The notes under the pieces: generated by a model | What the model was told of the DNA's origin: nothing | Seen by the model: only the letters and a program-made list of their open reading frames with translations | The model's database searches: none | DNA from: Octopus sinensis | Taxonomy: Eukaryota | Direction of reading: 5' to 3' | DNA length: 64,000 nt | NCBI RefSeq assembly: GCF_006345805.1 | Contig: NC_043015.1 | Coordinates: 24,676,001 to 24,740,000, forward strand | Position numbers and translations under genes: made by a program | Shown here: in pieces, positions 1-12,812 of the stretch | Position numbering within the stretch: the stretch's first letter is position 1 | How the letters are laid out: each line of letters begins with the position of its first letter

Positions 1-225
1 TTATCAGTCTGATAGGAAAACATCTAGGTACCCCCTCTACAACTCTCAGATCTTATGAAGCAAACATAAATACTTCTATATATTTAGTCCAACAACCTGC
101 AGCATTAACTTGCAATACCACTCTAATTTCTCTCTCTCTCTCTCTCTCTCTCTCCCTCCCCCCTCTCTCTTTCATCATCATTGTTTAACGTCCGTTTTCC
201 ATGCTAGCATGAGTTGGACAATATA

Positions 226-304
<79 letters not shown>

Positions 305-321
305 CACATACACACACATGT

Positions 322-368
<47 letters not shown>

Positions 369-1106
369 TTTGAATGTAATGCCTAAAATGGCTCATTCCT
401 GTCCCACTATCATACTTTAGCTTCTCAATAACTGACCCAAAACCATTTCCTTCTCTGCTGTATCCCCATTCAAGTGAAGAAACTTTTTCTAGTGAGATAC
501 TTTGTGATCTCACTAATGCCTATAACACTAAAATTACATCCAGGACACACTGCAAAATGGTTGGCATTAGGAATGGTATTCAACAGTATAACTCTTGCCA
601 AAGAAGACATTTCAGGCCAATACAGGCCATGGATTAATGGGATCCACTTGAACCAACTCACCAAAGTTAGCATGGAATATGGACATCAAATGACAATAAT
701 GACAAATAATAAGTTTTTGGTAAGAATTGTAGACGAAAGTGTCAGGAAAGAATACACAGGAAACCAAAAATTATTCTCCCTTTTACTGGCACCTGACCCT
801 GGCCTCATTGACAATTTTAATTCATCTAATTGGATTTCTAACTTAGAATTTATGGAATTTGTTAATTATAATCAATGGTTCATTGTTTTGAATGTCATAA
901 AATGTTGCCCAATGTTTAACTTTCTCCACTCTTCTTGGCATATTATTTGCTTTTCCTACTCAGACATGAGACAAATAGTTTAAAAGTGGGTGGGAAGCAT
1001 TATCACAGTAATCAACCGGTGTGATATTGATAATATTAGAACCTGAAACCATGTGGTTGGGAAGCAAGCTTCTCAGCCATTTAGCCATACTCATACCTCA
1101 CTGTTT

Positions 1107-1144
<38 letters not shown>

Positions 1145-1249
1145 TCAACTAGTGTATCACTGATAATTCTATTATTTATCCTAGTGAAATTTCAACTTCG
1201 AATAAAGGTGAAGTGAGGTGTCAGATAATCTTATGCATCTTAGACATTC

Positions 1250-1870
1250 TCTCCTTCAAAGACTACAGATCTGAAGAATAATTTCTTTGATGTGGATTTG
1301 ACACCTCTACACTTTAAGGAAATACCATTCACTAGACATAACAGGACAATAATTTTGAACTACAGCCTCACAACCCATGAACTGTCAACATCATTCAACC
1401 ATGCATGCATTTTGCATTCAGACGAGCTGAAGGCAAACTTCCTGTAGTAGTAGCAGTGATTCTAGGGAATGAAGGATGTGTGACTGTATGTGGAAGCTAC
1501 AATGGCTTGTTTAGTGCAAAATACAATGGTTTGTGGCAGGTGTTTAAATTGAAATGCCTACTAATATTAAATCGTGCATTGGTTCGTATTTCCAGTAATA
1601 AGTTGTGTAAGCTGAAACAAAGTATGAAATCCACAAGAATGAAACATAAGGAACAGTAGACATACCCAATACAGCCTTGTGAAAATATTAAAATTTTCCA
1701 TACTCCCATCTTTGGTTTGGACACAGTAATGTTCACACCATACAAGTAATTGTTGATATAACAGATGGATACTCCATACAGTGCAATAATACTACAGAGA
1801 GATTCCCAGTTCTTGATATCCTTGAAGTTGATTACAAGCATCAGCAGAAACTCATGGCGGCTTAATTATA
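1250..1870 (-). mobile_element. Old LINE reverse-transcriptase relic (RTE-like)
   Basis: Minus ORF 1497-1841 (LVINFKD...ESLCSIIALYGVS...LYGVNITVS...SQGC...LCFILVDFIL) loosely follows the non-LTR RT pattern F.DF.KAFD...L..YG.....LY....V.....GV.QGC.LSP.LF...D; heavily decayed, boundaries approximate. Confidence 0.4.
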
Positions 1871-3649
1871 AAGTGCCATGGAAAGGTATTTCCACTGCAC
1901 GACCTACTACACCTTACTCCCACCTGTTCCTCTAATAAATGCCCATCAACCACCTATCTACCTCCATCATCATGTAGATGGTGACTTATACCCATATGGT
2001 ATGGTAAACACTAGTTGAATTTATGGAACTTCTTTATAAATTACCTTACAACCACACTAAGGACAAAACAGAGGAACTGGAAAAAAATGCTACAAGTGTC
2101 AGGCAGTTTTAACTTATGCCAGTCTCAAAAATAAAACTATTGTTACTCTACATGCCAAATCTAATCTCATAAAATTAAATCTCCATTTTGCTGAACAAGA
2201 TTACTACTCAGACATGAAAGGTTTTCAAGCCACATGTTCTGTTTTTGTTAATCCATGTACATAAGTTCTCTTCTACTTTTAATTATTTAAATTCTTCCTC
2301 AAAGGAAGAAGCTGGTTTGTAACACACATACAAATCGCCATTGTGGGAATGTAGATAACAAAAACATTTTGAATTTTGGAAAAACATTGCATATTTTGAC
2401 AGATCCACTGACTGTGTTTTAGATGTGCAAATTACGTGGTTGATTTCTTTTTCAGAAAACTCTTACACTTGCAAATTGTCCTTTAGGCATTTACTCACAA
2501 AACCAATTGCACCAGATAGCATAAATATGAATTTAGAAAAGCTGAACGTTTCAAAGCAGTCTTCTCTATTTATACTCTTTCTCTTTCACTTTCAAAACAT
2601 TATTTATATCACTGGAGCAGGTGATCTTTATGAAGGTCCATGCTTTTTCCCATTTGTCGCAGGCAACAATGTTCAACCTGTAATTAAGGTCTGTGTGTGT
2701 GTATATGTGTGTATCTATGTATGTTTGTTTGCATGAGTGAGTGTATATTCCTGTTTACTGATTGTGTAATTGATGTTATGCAGTTGTGTAATTACCACAT
2801 ACAGAATAGTGTTAAGCATTGTTATTTCTTCAAACAGCTTGTCATCATCATTATCATGACAGCCATCATTAATATCTCTCACATAGGATCAAATTATCAA
2901 AAATAAATAAAAAAATAAAAAAGGAACTAATTGTCTCATTCCATTTCTGAACAACTGCACAAGTTATTTTACTATAAAAAACAAAACTGGAAATAAATGG
3001 TGACATGAAAAAGAAAAAACCTAAACAAAAAATTGTTTGTAGTAACAGTTCTGCAATGATAGCGATGGTGTTGGTGGTGGTTTAAATAAAATTAACAAAC
3101 AGATGCTAATTAAATTCTATACCATTTAAATCAGCATTTCAATTGGAGCCTCGCAAATTAGGATATTTGCTTTGAGGGGAATTTTCAAGTAAAAACATGT
3201 AAATTAATTTCATATGATGTTATTTAAAAAAAAGCTAAAAAGGATTCAATTTAGCTTTCCAATGGATGACAAAATGGGAAGGCAGCTATGGACATTACAT
3301 TTAATTTCTATTGTTTTGCATTTTAAATTCTATAAATATTTATCCATTTGTTTACTTTTACATGAAATGCAGAAATAAGTAAAATTCCAGAGACAAATAA
3401 TTTATGAATCATTATGTTTATATTGTTTGGATTCTTTCCTTTGTTACTCATTTCACGTTTTGGTTGGCAAACCATGGAGGGGTCGTGCAGTTTAATTGTG
3501 CATTAGGGCTGCATGTTGATTGGAGTCATCAACTAATTTGCATGGGAATATATTTCGTTAATATCATTGTTTGTCCATGACAAAAGCATTTTTGGTTAGA
3601 ACACATGCATTCCTAGCAAATACATAAATACATAAATATAGTAAATCCC

Positions 3650-3835
3650 AAAAAGCAAAGAACAAACACAAGAAACACAACAACATGAGGCCGTGGTACA
3701 CGTAATGTATTAGCAGATGCTCAGGGAAGGAAAGAAAGGTGGCTTATGTTTTGAGCAAAGCGCTTCTTCAGAAACAGAGAAAATTCCAATAGAAAAAGAA
3801 GACAGAGGAAAAAAATCACCAACAATTTGCATGTG
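3650..3835 (-). mobile_element. Short PLE-derived (pLTR-like) repeat, same family as 22957-23150
   Basis: Reverse complement aligns by eye to 22957-23150 over about 180 bp; both carry a minimal hammerhead-like motif. Confidence 0.55.
3741..3775 (-). ncRNA. Decayed minimal hammerhead ribozyme
   Basis: Minus strand gttt-CTGAAGA-a-gcgc-ttt-gctc-AAAA-ca-ta-agcc; GAAA core is AAAA, stem II has one mismatch. Confidence 0.4.
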
Positions 3836-3866
3836 GTTACATTTTGAAATGACCGGAAGGGAATGT

Positions 3867-3909
<43 letters not shown>

Positions 3910-3969
3910 CAGAAGTACACACACATGTGAGAGTGTGTGTATATATATATATGTATGTATGTATATATG

Positions 3970-4447
3970 TATATCAATCATAAGAGCATGCAAAGGTGCA
4001 TACCTGCTAGAAAGAGGAGTTAAATACGACAGAAAAACAACAGTAGTCAGGTGAACAGGCCAAAAGAAATCTTTCACATAGCCCAATGCTCTGTGGATAT
4101 ACTTGGACCATGGTTTCTGATCTGACAAACACCCTCACCTTCGTTCTGATTTTGGTGCAAAACAATTCAGAATGCCAGCAGACTTCAGATGGGTTGTAAA
4201 GGTTTTTCAGTCAGTAGTATTTGTTGAGGAAGGTGATGCTGCTTGTCAGACCAGAAACCATAGTTCAAGTATCTCCAAATACCAAGAAATATATAGAATT
4301 AGGCTATATAGGTTATGTGAAAGATTTTTTGGGAGACTGTTCACCCGACTACAGCTGTTTTTCTGTCGTATTATTGGTGGTTTAAATGAGGGTTTAACTC
4401 CTCTTCCTAGCAGGTAGGCGCATTTGTCTGCCCTTATGATTGATATA
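3970..4447. mobile_element. Fold-back MITE with long degenerate inverted arms
   Basis: Arms 3970-4142 and 4229-4447 are inverted copies (tatatcaatcataag...cctgctag.aagaggagttaaa...caccttc); left arm has internal deletions; TA at both ends. Confidence 0.75.
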
Positions 4448-4631
4448 AATTTTACTTCTATAGCTATCAAATGTTATTTTAGGCCTGCAACCAATTATAT
4501 TATTATTGTTGTTGTTGTTGTTGTTATTATCAACTATTTATATTGCTGCAGATAATAATAACAATAATAATATCTATATAAATATTCACTCCTGAATATT
4601 TGCTCCTTATAATATATATATATATATACAC

Positions 4632-4822
4632 CGTGCTGGTGGCACGTAAAAGGCACCCACTACACTCTTGGAGTGGTTGGCGTTAGGAAGGACATCCAGC
4701 TGTAGTAACTCTGCCAAATCAAGATTGGAGTCTGGTGCAACCATCTGGTTCGCCAGCCCTCAGTCAAAATCGTCCAACCCATGCTAGCATGGAAAGCGGA
4801 CGTTAAACGATGATGATGATGA
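4632..4822 (+). mobile_element. RTE-LINE 3'-tail repeat (SINE or extremely truncated LINE)
   Basis: ggcacgtaaaa.gcacccactacactc...catgctagcatggaaagcggacgttaaacg(atg)n, matching the 3' end of the RTE LINE at 55798-55990. Confidence 0.85.
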
Positions 4823-4967
4823 TATATATATACACACAATTACACCCACACATGTGTATACATACACACAATATATGTATTATACAAATACATATATGCT
4901 ATTATCACACTTATATATCTATATTATATCCATGCATTCATATATATATATACAGAAATATACTATA

Positions 4968-5004
<37 letters not shown>

Positions 5005-5408
5005 ATGTGTAAATATGGGCATGTTTTGATTCATACTGCTAATTTTTCTCCTGCAGATATTTCTACACATCACAATTTTTCCTATTTTTACTCATGTTTT
5101 TCTTTCCTATTCTCGTTATGCATAAAACATTTATGAAGAGTTCATTAAATACAAAACAAAACATAAGTAGTCACATGTTATCACAATAATTCTGCCCCCA
5201 CCATACACACCCCCAATGTCAAAAAAAAAAACAACAGTAACAACAAGATGTTTCGATTTCATAAAATATGGTAAAAATAAATTAAATGCCAATTCTATGG
5301 AAGCATTGTTTCAGAAATAGTAAAAATACACACACATACACAAAAAAAAGGAAGAGAAAGTTTTACTTCATCTGTTTCAATATGCTATGTATAGCAGTTA
5401 GCACTTAC

Positions 5409-5480
5409 CTTCTTGCAGTTGACAAACTCTTTTAATGTAGCACTTTCTCTTTTTTTGTGATTAAGTGTTGATTCCATTGT
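5409..5480 (-). CDS. Candidate internal exon of an unidentified minus-strand host gene (TMESTLNHKKRESATLKEFVNCKK)
   Basis: Branch-like ctaat, pyrimidine tract and AG acceptor (ctaatttcttatttcacacAG); consensus donor AAG/GTAAGT; 72 nt with only one open frame; no homology recognised. Confidence 0.45.
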
Positions 5481-5545
5481 CTGTGTGAAATAAGAAATTA
5501 GTCATGAATGTGTAAGCACATGCATATACATACATACATACATAC

Positions 5546-5623
<78 letters not shown>

Positions 5624-5641
5624 CATACATAAATATTTACA

Positions 5642-5693
<52 letters not shown>

Positions 5694-5816
5694 GACATAT
5701 ATACACATATCTACACATACACACACATAAACATATACTTACACATATATATATCATCATCATATATATACACATACACAAACGCACACACGTTTATTTG
5801 CATGTGTATATGAATG

Positions 5817-5860
<44 letters not shown>

Positions 5861-6290
5861 AATATATACATATATATACTTATATACATATATACACACA
5901 CACATACACACACACAGCACACACACACACACATATAGATACATATATGTATATATATAAACATATATATGCATGTATGTATATATGATTATGTGTGTGT
6001 AACTTGTGTAGCTAAGTGTTAAGAAAAAAAGCAAAGAACCCAACACACACAGCATATACCAAAGTGTAACAAACACATAAAAAATATATATGAATCCCAC
6101 ATATAGAAAATGTTGCAAGAAATCTTAGCAGCTTGAAATATAAAATAATATGAACATTACCGGAAAACTTTTGATAAAATAAATTACACAACAGCCACAG
6201 CTGGGGAATTGTAATGAAAATCTTACCACATTTAAAATTAATTTCACTTTCAATCAATATACATACATATATATACATATACATATATAT

Positions 6291-6386
<96 letters not shown>

Positions 6387-6788
6387 ATACATATATGCAT
6401 GGTTATACTCATATATGTGTGTGTGTATATATGTATATATATGTATGCATGTATGTGTATGGGTTTATGTAAATGTATGCATAGAATACTTTTAGGAACA
6501 TTTAATTTTAGACTAATACATTTCAGCATTTCTAAAACATTCTATGAAATGAGTTGAATTGTTTAAAGTATTTCATTTTGTAGTGAAGTTTTACTTCTAT
6601 GCGGTTAATTGATCTGCCTGAAACAGCAGCCAAATCTGCATGTTTTTCAGGTCAGATTGAGATGGTTGGGCACAGCTGTTGGGACACTGGTGATTTGCTA
6701 TATCTTTTGCAAAAGCCTTCAGCTAACCAAAGACTTGTGAGTAGATTTAATGGACAGAAACTGAAATAAGTCTACGGTGTGTGTATGT

Positions 6789-6821
<33 letters not shown>

Positions 6822-7827
6822 AAGTGAGAGAGAGAGTGTATGTGGGCATTTGTGCATGCATGCATGCGTGACAGCAAGTTTGGTCCCACTGCATGGTATC
6901 GTGGTCAAATATTCTTTTCTCTAGTCTTGGATGAAGCTTTGGGAGTGAAACTGAACAGAAATGCAAAACATTTTACACAAAAATATTTTGATTTTAAAAT
7001 CCGATTCCCTTTGTGACTCACAAAATAGCCTCACTCTTACTTCACTTCAACCACATTGAGAACATCCACTACTGGCACCCACTATTGACTCAAAATGTTC
7101 ACCACAACCTACAAAAAACCATTATCAACAACCATATTAATGATTAAAAATGCAACACAATGTTTTCATAATTAACAAGGAAATGAATCAACAACATCAC
7201 TCATATCTCTTCCTCTAACATTCCCTGCACTAGTGACTGCCTGTCTTTCTCTCTGTCAATGTGCCTCACACCCAATGTCCATTGAAATGCTCAACATCAA
7301 ACATAGACTTGGTGTATCATTATTATTTGGTGTTTTTCTCTTGGTGCAATTTAAAAAACAGCAATCCAGGTTTCCTGGCAACTTCCAGCAAAATTGAACA
7401 AATTAAAGCCAATGACGTCTTCTTTTAATTTATTATTCACAAACATCCACAGCATATAAACTTACAACCTACATGTCATAAAACATTCCCTGCAGCAGGA
7501 TGATAAAACACACATGCACACATGCACACAAACGCACACATGCACGCACACACACACACGCACACACATACACTTCCATATCACAATTCATTTTTCTCTA
7601 ACTCTGCGTGCACATACATATGTGTGTGTGCATGCACATGCATGTGTGTGCAATATATATGTGTGTGCATGCAAACAAATACACAATTTAATACCCACGA
7701 TCACATGCACTCATGCAGATACACATGCCTACACATGCACACAGACACTCATCTATCTTTATATCTACCTCTCTGTATCTATCTATCTATCTACACACAT
7801 AACATTCAATATATATATATATGTATG

Positions 7828-7878
<51 letters not shown>

Positions 7879-8835
7879 ATTTATATACATATAATACATA
7901 TATATATGTATGTATGTATGTGAATTTATATATATACATATATGTGTATATATGTATGTATATACACACACACACACACACACAGGATTGAATTTATCAT
8001 TTTCTCAGCCAGAGCAGTTTTTTGGGGTTTTTTTTCTTTTCTTGTATTAATATTATTTCCTGATATCAATTGCTGTTGTTCTTTGAAGCAAACTAGATTG
8101 TTTTCAGTGGGGGGGGGGCAGTGAGAAGGGAGTGATGAAAGAGCAAGAGGAAGAGTTGTAAGCTATTTTATTTTTATTTTTCTCTTCTTCTGTCTCCTTT
8201 TCCATTTTTTGTCATATTTTTACCTTTGATTTTTTTTTTATTTCTTTAAAATATAAGAACAAAAAGAACACACACACACACTCACATACAAACAAAAGAA
8301 AAAACATATACGAAAAAAGAAGAGAAACACACGGACTGATGTTAGTAATGTAATGTTATGTTATGAACTCATATTTCATTATATTTGCTTTGGTTGACTG
8401 CACATGATGAAATAGGTCCTAATTTAATCAACAATTGTCTAGACAAGCCACATATATACAAAAAGCACTGACAATAATATTAATAATAATACTGATAATA
8501 ATGACACTAACAGTAATAAGAACGACAACAGCAATGATAATAGTAATAATAATGAAATAACTGACAGCTACTCATCTGTGACTCCTTATTTAGCCCATCT
8601 AATCTCCTGAACAAACTAATATGTTTAACACAGGATTTCTAAACCAGACACCAGAAGAAAAAAAAGTCAATGTGAAAAACAAAACAAAAACTAACCAGAA
8701 AATTGTAATTCGAAAATATGAATAAATAAATGACTAAAAAAAATATACAAAATATTTTTAAAACATTGATACAGCAAAAATATAAAAATTATCTCAACTT
8801 TGATATGTTTGCCTGTGAGTATATGTGTATGCATG

Positions 8836-8867
<32 letters not shown>

Positions 8868-9759
8868 TGTATGTATGTATGTATGTATGTATGTATGTAT
8901 GTATGTATGTATGCACATATATATATAATATATATATATATATATAATATATATATATATAAATATATAGAGAGAGACAAACCCATAAACCCATAAATAT
9001 AGAATTGTGTTTTTGCAGATTCAATTAACTTTTTAAATTCGTTTTAGCAATAATTTATTCAATTAATCAATTAATTGTGTGTGTACATGTATTTGTACAT
9101 ATGTGTGAATGTATATATGTATATATATGTATATATATATATATATGCACATATATATATACATATATATATATGCATATATATATGTGTGTGTGTGTCT
9201 ATGCACACATATATGTATATTTGTTCATATATATACATATACATATGTATACATGTATACATATATATAGTAAATATATGTATAAATGTGTACACATATA
9301 TATATACAAATATATACATATATATACCTACATATACACACACACACACACATATATATATGAATACAGACATTCATATATGCACACATACACACACATA
9401 TCTATTAATCCCTACACATGTTTTCTCTCTCTGTATGTTTATTCTCTCTCCATTTTCTTTCTTCTTATCCTTTTCTCTCAAATAGCATGAGCTCAAAACG
9501 TCAGTGACTTTCCCATTCTTCCCAAGTGTCAAACTAATACACTTGCATGTTGTTCCATCACCTAACTACACATATAAATGCATGCACACACACACACAGA
9601 TATATTATCTGAAAAGTATGCTATTAAATATCAATCATGATCTTACCAATCAGTTTTGCATAAAGAATACAATGGAGTGTAAGGTAACAATCCAATTATA
9701 TATACATTTTTGTGGGTAACAAGGCTACAAGTGGTTTCACATCTTGTGAGTTACTTGGT

Positions 9760-10060
9760 GACCCTGGCAGCGCTGGTGCCATGTAAGAAAGCATCCAGTT
9801 CACACTATGAAGTGTTTGGCATTTGGAATGGTATCCAGCTGTAAAAACCATACCAAAATTAACTTTGCCTGTGTTAGTGCCACATAAAAGGCACTGAGTC
9901 CACTCTGCAGAGTGGTTGGTGTTAGGAAGGGCATCCAACCATAAAAACTATGCCAAAACAGACACAGAAGTCTAATGCAGTCTTCCGCCAGGCCAAATCC
10001 TGTCAAACCAGCCTACTAATGTCAGCATGCAAGGCAGACCTCAAATGATAATGATGATGA
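9760..10060 (+). mobile_element. RTE-tail repeat, diverged
   Basis: gagtggttggtgttaggaagggcatccaacc...(atg)n tail. Confidence 0.75.
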
Positions 10061-10086
10061 CGTGTGTATATTTATATATATATATA

Positions 10087-10192
10087 TCATCATCATCATC
10101 ATCATCATTTAACGTCCGCTTTCCATGCTAGCATGGGTTGGATGGTTCAACTGGAGTCTGGGGAGCCCGAAGGCTGCACCAGGCCAGTCAGA
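10087..10192 (-). mobile_element. RTE-tail repeat, short
   Basis: (cat)n ttaacgtccgctttccatgctagcatggg...ggctgcaccagg. Confidence 0.8.
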
Positions 10193-10376
10193 TATATATA
10201 TATATATGCAATTTAAAAATAGGATAAAATCTTTATAAGAATTTCTCATAAGAGAAAAATCCACCAATTTTTCTCTTAAATATAATATTTTATATTATAT
10301 AGAGGGCATTACTATACATAAATGCCACACACTAGGAGGGACTCTTAAAGTCAAAATGACCAAAATAAACACATCA

Positions 10377-10421
<45 letters not shown>

Positions 10422-10454
10422 CACATACATACATACATATATATATATATACAC

Positions 10455-10491
<37 letters not shown>

Positions 10492-10611
10492 AAATAAGGG
10501 CAAAAGAAAAATTCTAATGCTAAATATGCTGAAAAAGACAAAATTGTCAATAACCATTATAATTTAAGCGTCTCGAAACAAGCCGATAGAAATTTCTAAA
10601 AAAATCCGCTA

Positions 10612-11042
10612 TAGGCGCAGGAGTGGCTGTGCGGTAAGTAGCTTGTTTACCAACCACATGGTTCCAGGTTCAGTCCCACTGCATAGCACCTTGGGCAAGT
10701 GTCTTCTACTATAGCCTCGGGCCGACCAAAGCCTTGTGAGTGGATTTGGTAGACAGAAACTGAAAGAGGCCCATCGTATATATGTATATATATATGTGTA
10801 TGTGTATGTGTGTGTGTTTGTGTGTCTCTATTTGTCCCCCTAGCATTGCTTGACAACCGATGCTGGTGTGTTTATGTCCTCGTCACTTAGCGGTTCGGCA
10901 AAAAAGACCGATAGAATAAGTACTGGACTTACAGAGAATAAGTCCCGGGATTGAGTTGCTTGATTAAAGGCGGTGCTCCAGCATGGCCACAGTCAAATGA
11001 CTGAAACAAGTAAAAGAGTAAAAGAGTAAAGAGTAAAGAGAG
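10612..11042 (+). mobile_element. tRNA-derived SINE family A, full length
   Basis: A-box tggctgtgcgg, B-box ggttcagtccc, cttgggcaagtgtctt body, internal (TA/TG)n, tail gcggtgctccagcatggcc.cagtcaaatgactgaaacaagt(aaaagagt)n. Confidence 0.9.
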
Positions 11043-11232
11043 TTACCATACTGGTCCCAATTTCGGGGTTAATTCATAAGAATTTTCCCCTCCTCAGCGA
11101 TAAATACGTAAGGCATAAATGAAATACTTACTCATGGGTATGAGTATGTATTTCATTTATGTCTTACATATTTATCGCTGAGGAGGGGAAAATTCTTATG
11201 AATTAACCCCGAAATGGGGACCAATACGGTAA
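11043..11232. mobile_element. Near-perfect palindromic MITE (pogo/Tigger-like ends, TA TSD)
   Basis: 93-bp inverted arms 11043-11135 and 11140-11232 around a 4-nt loop (gggt); termini TACC(A/G)TA(C/T)TGG. Confidence 0.9.
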
Positions 11233-11522
11233 TAACGGATTTTTCTTGAAATTTCTATAAATTTCTTAAATTATAATGGTTATTGACAATTTTGTCTTTT
11301 TCAGCATATTTGGCATTAAAATTTTTCTTTTGCCCTTATTTTATATGTTATTTATAAATTTAAACTTTAAAGGTATTTTTTGATATGCTGGCCATTGATA
11401 GAATTTATTTTTCGGAAAAAATTTTATCGTACATTAGTTATATATATATTTATATATATATATGTATGTGTGTGTTTATTTATATATATATATGTAAGTA
11501 TACATATATACATATGCATATA

Positions 11523-12812
11523 CGAGGGACGTTCAATAAGTAATGCCTCTGACCCACTTGCAGTTGTTTGATCTAGCTGAAATTTTACATGTGCAATCAT
11601 TTATATCTCTATAGAGTAAGTGGCAAATTACAGCTCTGAATTAATTGTGGTTTCTGATTTACAGGTGTTTGAACAGAGTCAAGTGTGAAATGGAGCCTGT
11701 TGAGTGTCGAGCAGTGATCCGATTTTTGTATTTGAAAGGACGCACACCACAGGAGACTTTTGATGAAATGAAAGTAACTTATAGTGATGATGCCCCATCA
11801 TATGACCTTGTAAAACGCTGGCATCGTGAATTAAAACATGGTCAGAACTCTGTGGAAACAGCTCCCAGATCTGGTTGCCCCTTCTGCCATTGATGAGGCA
11901 TCTGTCTGTCAAGTTGAGGCTGCCATTTTGGAAGATCGACGCATAATTATTCGCCAAATAGCCCATGAGGTCAAGATTAGTACCGGGTCTGTGGAAACTA
12001 TCATTCATGACCATTTGCATATGCAAAAGGTGTCTGCCAGATGGATTCCCAGGTTGCTCACGCCTTTCCAGAAACAAGAACGCGTCGAGTGCTCGAGGGT
12101 GAATTTGGAGATGTGCCAAGAAGATGAGTCAAAATTTTTCAAAAGACTGATTACACAGGATGAAACCTGGGTCCATCACGATGATCCAGAGACCAAAGCC
12201 CAGTCAATGCAGTGGAAGCACCGTGACTCACCCCCTCCAAAGAAGGCAAGGGTGCAGCCCTCCGCTGGCAAGGTCATGCTCACAGTCTTCTGGGACCAGG
12301 ACGGAGTAGTGATGACAGATTTCCTGGCAAAGGTACTACAATTGCAGGAGCCTATTATGCTTCACTTTTGAGGAAATTAAGAGAAGTTATCAAAATCAAG
12401 AGGCGGGGCAAGATCAGCAAAGGCATCCTCCTCCTGCAGGACAACGCTCCGGTCCACAACTCGCTTGTCGCCAGATCAGAAGCACAGGCGTATGGCTATG
12501 AACTCCTCCCCGATCCCCCTACTTTCATGACCTTGCACCCTCTGATTTTCATCTCTTCCCAGTCATGAAGTTGTTTTTGAAAGGAAAGCATTTCCCAGAT
12601 GATGCAGCCTTGATTTCTGAAGTCACGTTCAGGTTGGAGGACCAAGCTGGGGTCTTCTACAAAAACGGTCTCCAGAGCTGCATCAAACAATGGGTGAAAT
12701 GCGTAACTCTGGGTGGTTCCTATGTAGAAAAAAGACTAATAACTGTGCCAAGTTTTGTTGCTCTACTTCTATGGGAAGTGGGTCAGGGGCATTACTTATT
12801 GAACGCCCCTCG
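11523..12812 (+). mobile_element. Full-length mariner DNA transposon (DD34D, irritans-like)
   Basis: TIRs cgaggg(a/g)cgttcaataagtaatgcc(t/c)ctgaccca at both ends, TA TSD at 11521-22 and 12813-14, 1290 bp. Confidence 0.95.
11690..12738 (+). pseudogene. Mariner transposase, three frameshifts
   Basis: Pieces in successive frames: MEPVECRAVIRFLYLKG..., WIPRLLT, ITQDETWVHH, KVMLTVFWD, LLQDNAPVH, DLAPSDFHLF, ...GGSYVEK; all three catalytic Asp present. Confidence 0.93.

Larger units (their letters stand above)
10487..11346. mobile_element. Outer palindromic element split at its centre by a SINE and a MITE
   Basis: 10487-10611 and 11233-11346 are inverted copies (aaaataagggcaaaagaaaaatt.taatgc.aaatatgctgaaaaagacaaaattgtcaataaccattataatttaag...aaatccg.ta). 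Confidence 0.8.

Noticed and set aside
474-983. 169-aa plus-strand ORF
   Set aside because: No recognisable domain or splice context; overlaps decayed minus-strand RTE-tail-like sequence
10612-10690. tRNA gene-like A and B boxes (also in other SINE heads)
   Set aside because: No complete cloverleaf; they continue into SINE bodies, so they are SINE promoters rather than tRNA genes
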